Assembly (NCBI GenBank): GCA_001275005.1
Contig: JWZX01002066.1
Span: forward strand, 1-34,806
Source: Chrysochromulina tobinii
Taxonomy: Eukaryota
Reading direction: 5' to 3'
Length of the DNA stretch: 34,806 nucleotides
Below are positions 32,227 through 34,806 of this stretch, piece after piece (position 1 is the stretch's first letter; each line of letters opens with the position of its first letter). Below the pieces are notes generated by a model. That model worked only from the letters and a program-made list of their open reading frames with translations. It was not told where the DNA came from and did not search any database. The translations under genes and the position numbers were made by a program.

Positions 32227-34806
32227 ATGTCGAAGACCGCGACCAATGCGCGGCCCGCCGCGCCCGTTTCGGATGCCGCACGGCTTCGCGCTGCGCGAAC
32301 CAGGGGCAGAGAAACGAAGGCCAACTTGCCATTGCCAATGAGCAAGCCTGAGAATACGAGCGAGGCTCACAAAGGGCACAGCGTCGAGCACAAGCTGGGC
32401 ATGTTCAAGGGCGTGCTCGTGCCCACGTGCGAAAACATGTGGGGCGTCATCATCTTCTTGCGCTTCTACTTGATCGTCGGCTACGCGGGCCTCGGCCTGA
32501 CGATCCTGATCGTGACGCTCTCATTCGGCGTCGCACTGACGACCGCGCTGGCCATGTCGGCGATCGCCACGTGCGGCTCACACACTGCCCATGGTGTCTA
32601 CATGATGCTCGTGCGGGCCCTCGGCAAGGAAATCGCCACGGCTACTGGCATCGTCTACTTCCTAGGGTTCGTCTGCCTTGCTGTCCTAGAGTGCCTCGGT
32701 GCATGCGAGGAGCTCTTTGCGCTTGACGAAACCCTCAAGCTGACCGGGAGCTTCCGCTTCCGCAACTTCGATGTGCGTCTGTGGGGCTCGATCTTCATGC
32801 TCTTCTGCGCCCTCTCCAATTACGCGGGCACCAAGATCGTCTCGCAGATCGGGGTCCTCTTCTTCATCATCGTGCTGTACACGCTGATCTCGTTCTATAT
32901 CTCGCTCATCGGAGCTCCAAATCTCGAGTCGTATGATATGTCGCTCGGGGTCTTCGAAGGCAGCAGCAGCGACGCCATGAGCAGCTACGCCAACAGCAGC
33001 TACACCAACAGCAGTGCCATCAACGCCTCCTACCCCGGCACCGGTTCCGGTATAGTTGGCCGGCGCCTAGCCCCAGGGGGCTACATTAAAGCATCTGGCC
33101 TCTCGACCACCAACTTCTATAACAACTTTGGACCCAATTTTGGTGGCGAGTATGACTTCTCGACGTGCCTCGCCATCTTCTTCCCTTGCTTCACGGGCAT
33201 CCTCTCGGGCGCCAACCGCGCCGCCAAGCTGCGCGATCCGGTAGCTTGATGACACCTGATGACCTCATAGGACCTCTGAGGACACCTCTTGATTGCCTCC
33301 CTCATCCGATAGCTTGATGACAACTGATGACCTCATCTGATCTCTGTTGACAGCTCTTGATTGCATCCTTCATCAGGTGGCTTCGATCCCCGTGGGCACG
33401 CTCGGCGCCATCTGCGGCAGCTACGTCATGTACATGTCCTTCATGTTCCTCTGGGCGGGCGTAGGCTCCCGCGCGTACCTGCAGCAGGACCATGGCCAGA
33501 TCAACACGCTCCTCTATCCCTCGGTGGCTGCCGCGCAGGTTGGCATCCGCAGCTCGAATCTCTGATGACCTCGGATGGCCTCGGATGATCTCTGATGACC
33601 TCGGATGGCCTCGGATGATCTCTGATGACCTCGGATGGCCTCGGATGGCCGCGTCGCAGGTTGGTATTATCGTCTCGAGCCTCGGGCAGGCGATGCAATG
33701 CTTAACAGTAGCCCCGATGCTCCTCGCCTCTATCTCTGCCTCGGGCACGATCCGCTACCTCAAGCCCTTCGCCGTCCTCACTGACGGGGAGCCCAAGCGT
33801 GCCCTTGGCCTCTCCTGGCTCATTGGGGCTCTCCTCGTGATTCTGGGCGAGCTAAACCTGATCGCGCCGCTCCTCTCTATGTAAGCAAGCACCTGAAGCC
33901 GCCTTGCCCAGCATGCGGGCGCTCACCACGGCGCCTTTGCTCATCACGGCGCCCGCGCTTCCCCACAGGTGCTTCCTGTTGACCTATGCCTCGATGAACC
34001 TCAATTGCTTCTTCCTCGACTACCTCAAGGATCCCACCTGGCGGCCCCGCTGGAAGTACTTTCATTGGTCGAGTGGGCTCGCAGGCTTTGTGCTGTGCGT
34101 GACCGTACAGTTCCTCATCGATTGGATCTACGCGATCATTGCGTGGGTCCTGTGGCTCGTCCTCCTCATCTTCATCGTGCGCACCACTGCCTCCGTCGAC
34201 CATCACTCACCACGGCGCCAGATGCTCACCACGGCGCCTGCGCTTCCCCACAGGTGCGCACCACTGCCTCCGTGGACTATGGCTCAGCAATACACGGCCT
34301 GCGCTTTCGCGTGGCTGTCAAGTCGCTCCTCTCGATCGACATGGCCGCGCATTCGGACAATAATTGGAAGCCGCAGCTGCTCCTGCTCTATACCTTGCAG
34401 GTGCTTATTTAACCCTGCTCTTTACCTCTGATGCTCATACCTCTGATGCTCTAAGCCGCTTTCCTATTCCCTGCAGGAGGTCGACCGGACTGCCGATCGG
34501 CCCACGACGGCGCCCACGACGGCGCCCACGACGGCGCCCGAGGACGTCTCTCTTGCCGAAGATTCGGCCAAGTCGCCTAATATGGCAATGAGCCGAGTCG
34601 CCGAGTCGCCTATTATGGCAATGGCGCGCGCGCCCTCGAGGGCGCTCCAGGCCGGCGGCGTGGGTGCTGGCTTGGGCCATGGTGTCCAACACGGCGCCCG
34701 CGTCGGCGCTGTGTTGGGCTCAGAGGATCCACGAGTAGCACAGCTGCGGAGCTTGCAGGCACAGGAGGCTGCGATTGCCGGCGCCGCGGCCGCCGCCCCG
34801 GACGGC
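32227..34806 (+). CDS. Cation-chloride cotransporter (SLC12/CCC family), 3'-partial; exons 32227 (or 32338)-33240, 33377-33538, 33660-33880, 33969-34176, 34254-34400, 34477->34806
   Basis: KLGMFKGVLVPTCENMWGVIIFLRF, FFPCFTGILSGANR...LRDP|VASIPVGTLGAI, LNLIAPLLSM|CFLLTYASMNLNCF, PTWRPRWKYFHW, NWKPQLL. Five GT-AG introns keep the frame. Confidence 0.92.
33241..33376 (+). repeat. Intron made of exactly two diverged 68-nt units
   Basis: gtagcttgatgacacctgatgacctcat...ttgattgcctccctcatccg followed by atagcttgatgacaactgatgacctcat...ttgattgcatccttcatcag. Confidence 0.9.
33559..33650 (+). repeat. Intronic 30-nt tandem repeat x3 (atctctgatgacctcggatggcctcggatg)
   Basis: Directly visible within CCC intron 2. 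Confidence 0.95.

Overview
GC-rich eukaryotic nuclear DNA with spliceosomal introns. A plastid/lumen-targeted protein indicates a secondary-plastid alga; a haptophyte is my best guess from composition and intron style. I reconstruct nine genes: (1) a cellular RNA-dependent RNA polymerase (DLDGD) with an unusual N-terminus of UBA-like domains, MIU-like repeats and an R3H-like domain; (2) a TPR-like/SPPP-rod membrane protein; (3) an MBD plus tandem Agenet/Tudor chromatin reader; (4) a 4-exon protein with a Cys-string insert; (5) a Tat-targeted thylakoid lumen protein; (6) a 3-exon TPR protein; (7) a protein with four tandem ~120-aa repeats; (8) an ankyrin protein; (9) an SLC12 cation-chloride cotransporter running off the window. 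About 18.0-21.9 kb is an accessory block with a 150-bp palindromic tandem repeat and a degenerate transposase-like remnant. The most striking signals are, first, several introns that contain copies of their own flanking exons (one holds a 38-nt copy of its spliced exon-exon junction) and share 3' modules across unrelated genes, suggesting an intron-generating process; and second, the ubiquitin-reader/RdRP fusion near an MBD-Agenet gene. All domain calls come from motif recognition by eye; no searches were run.
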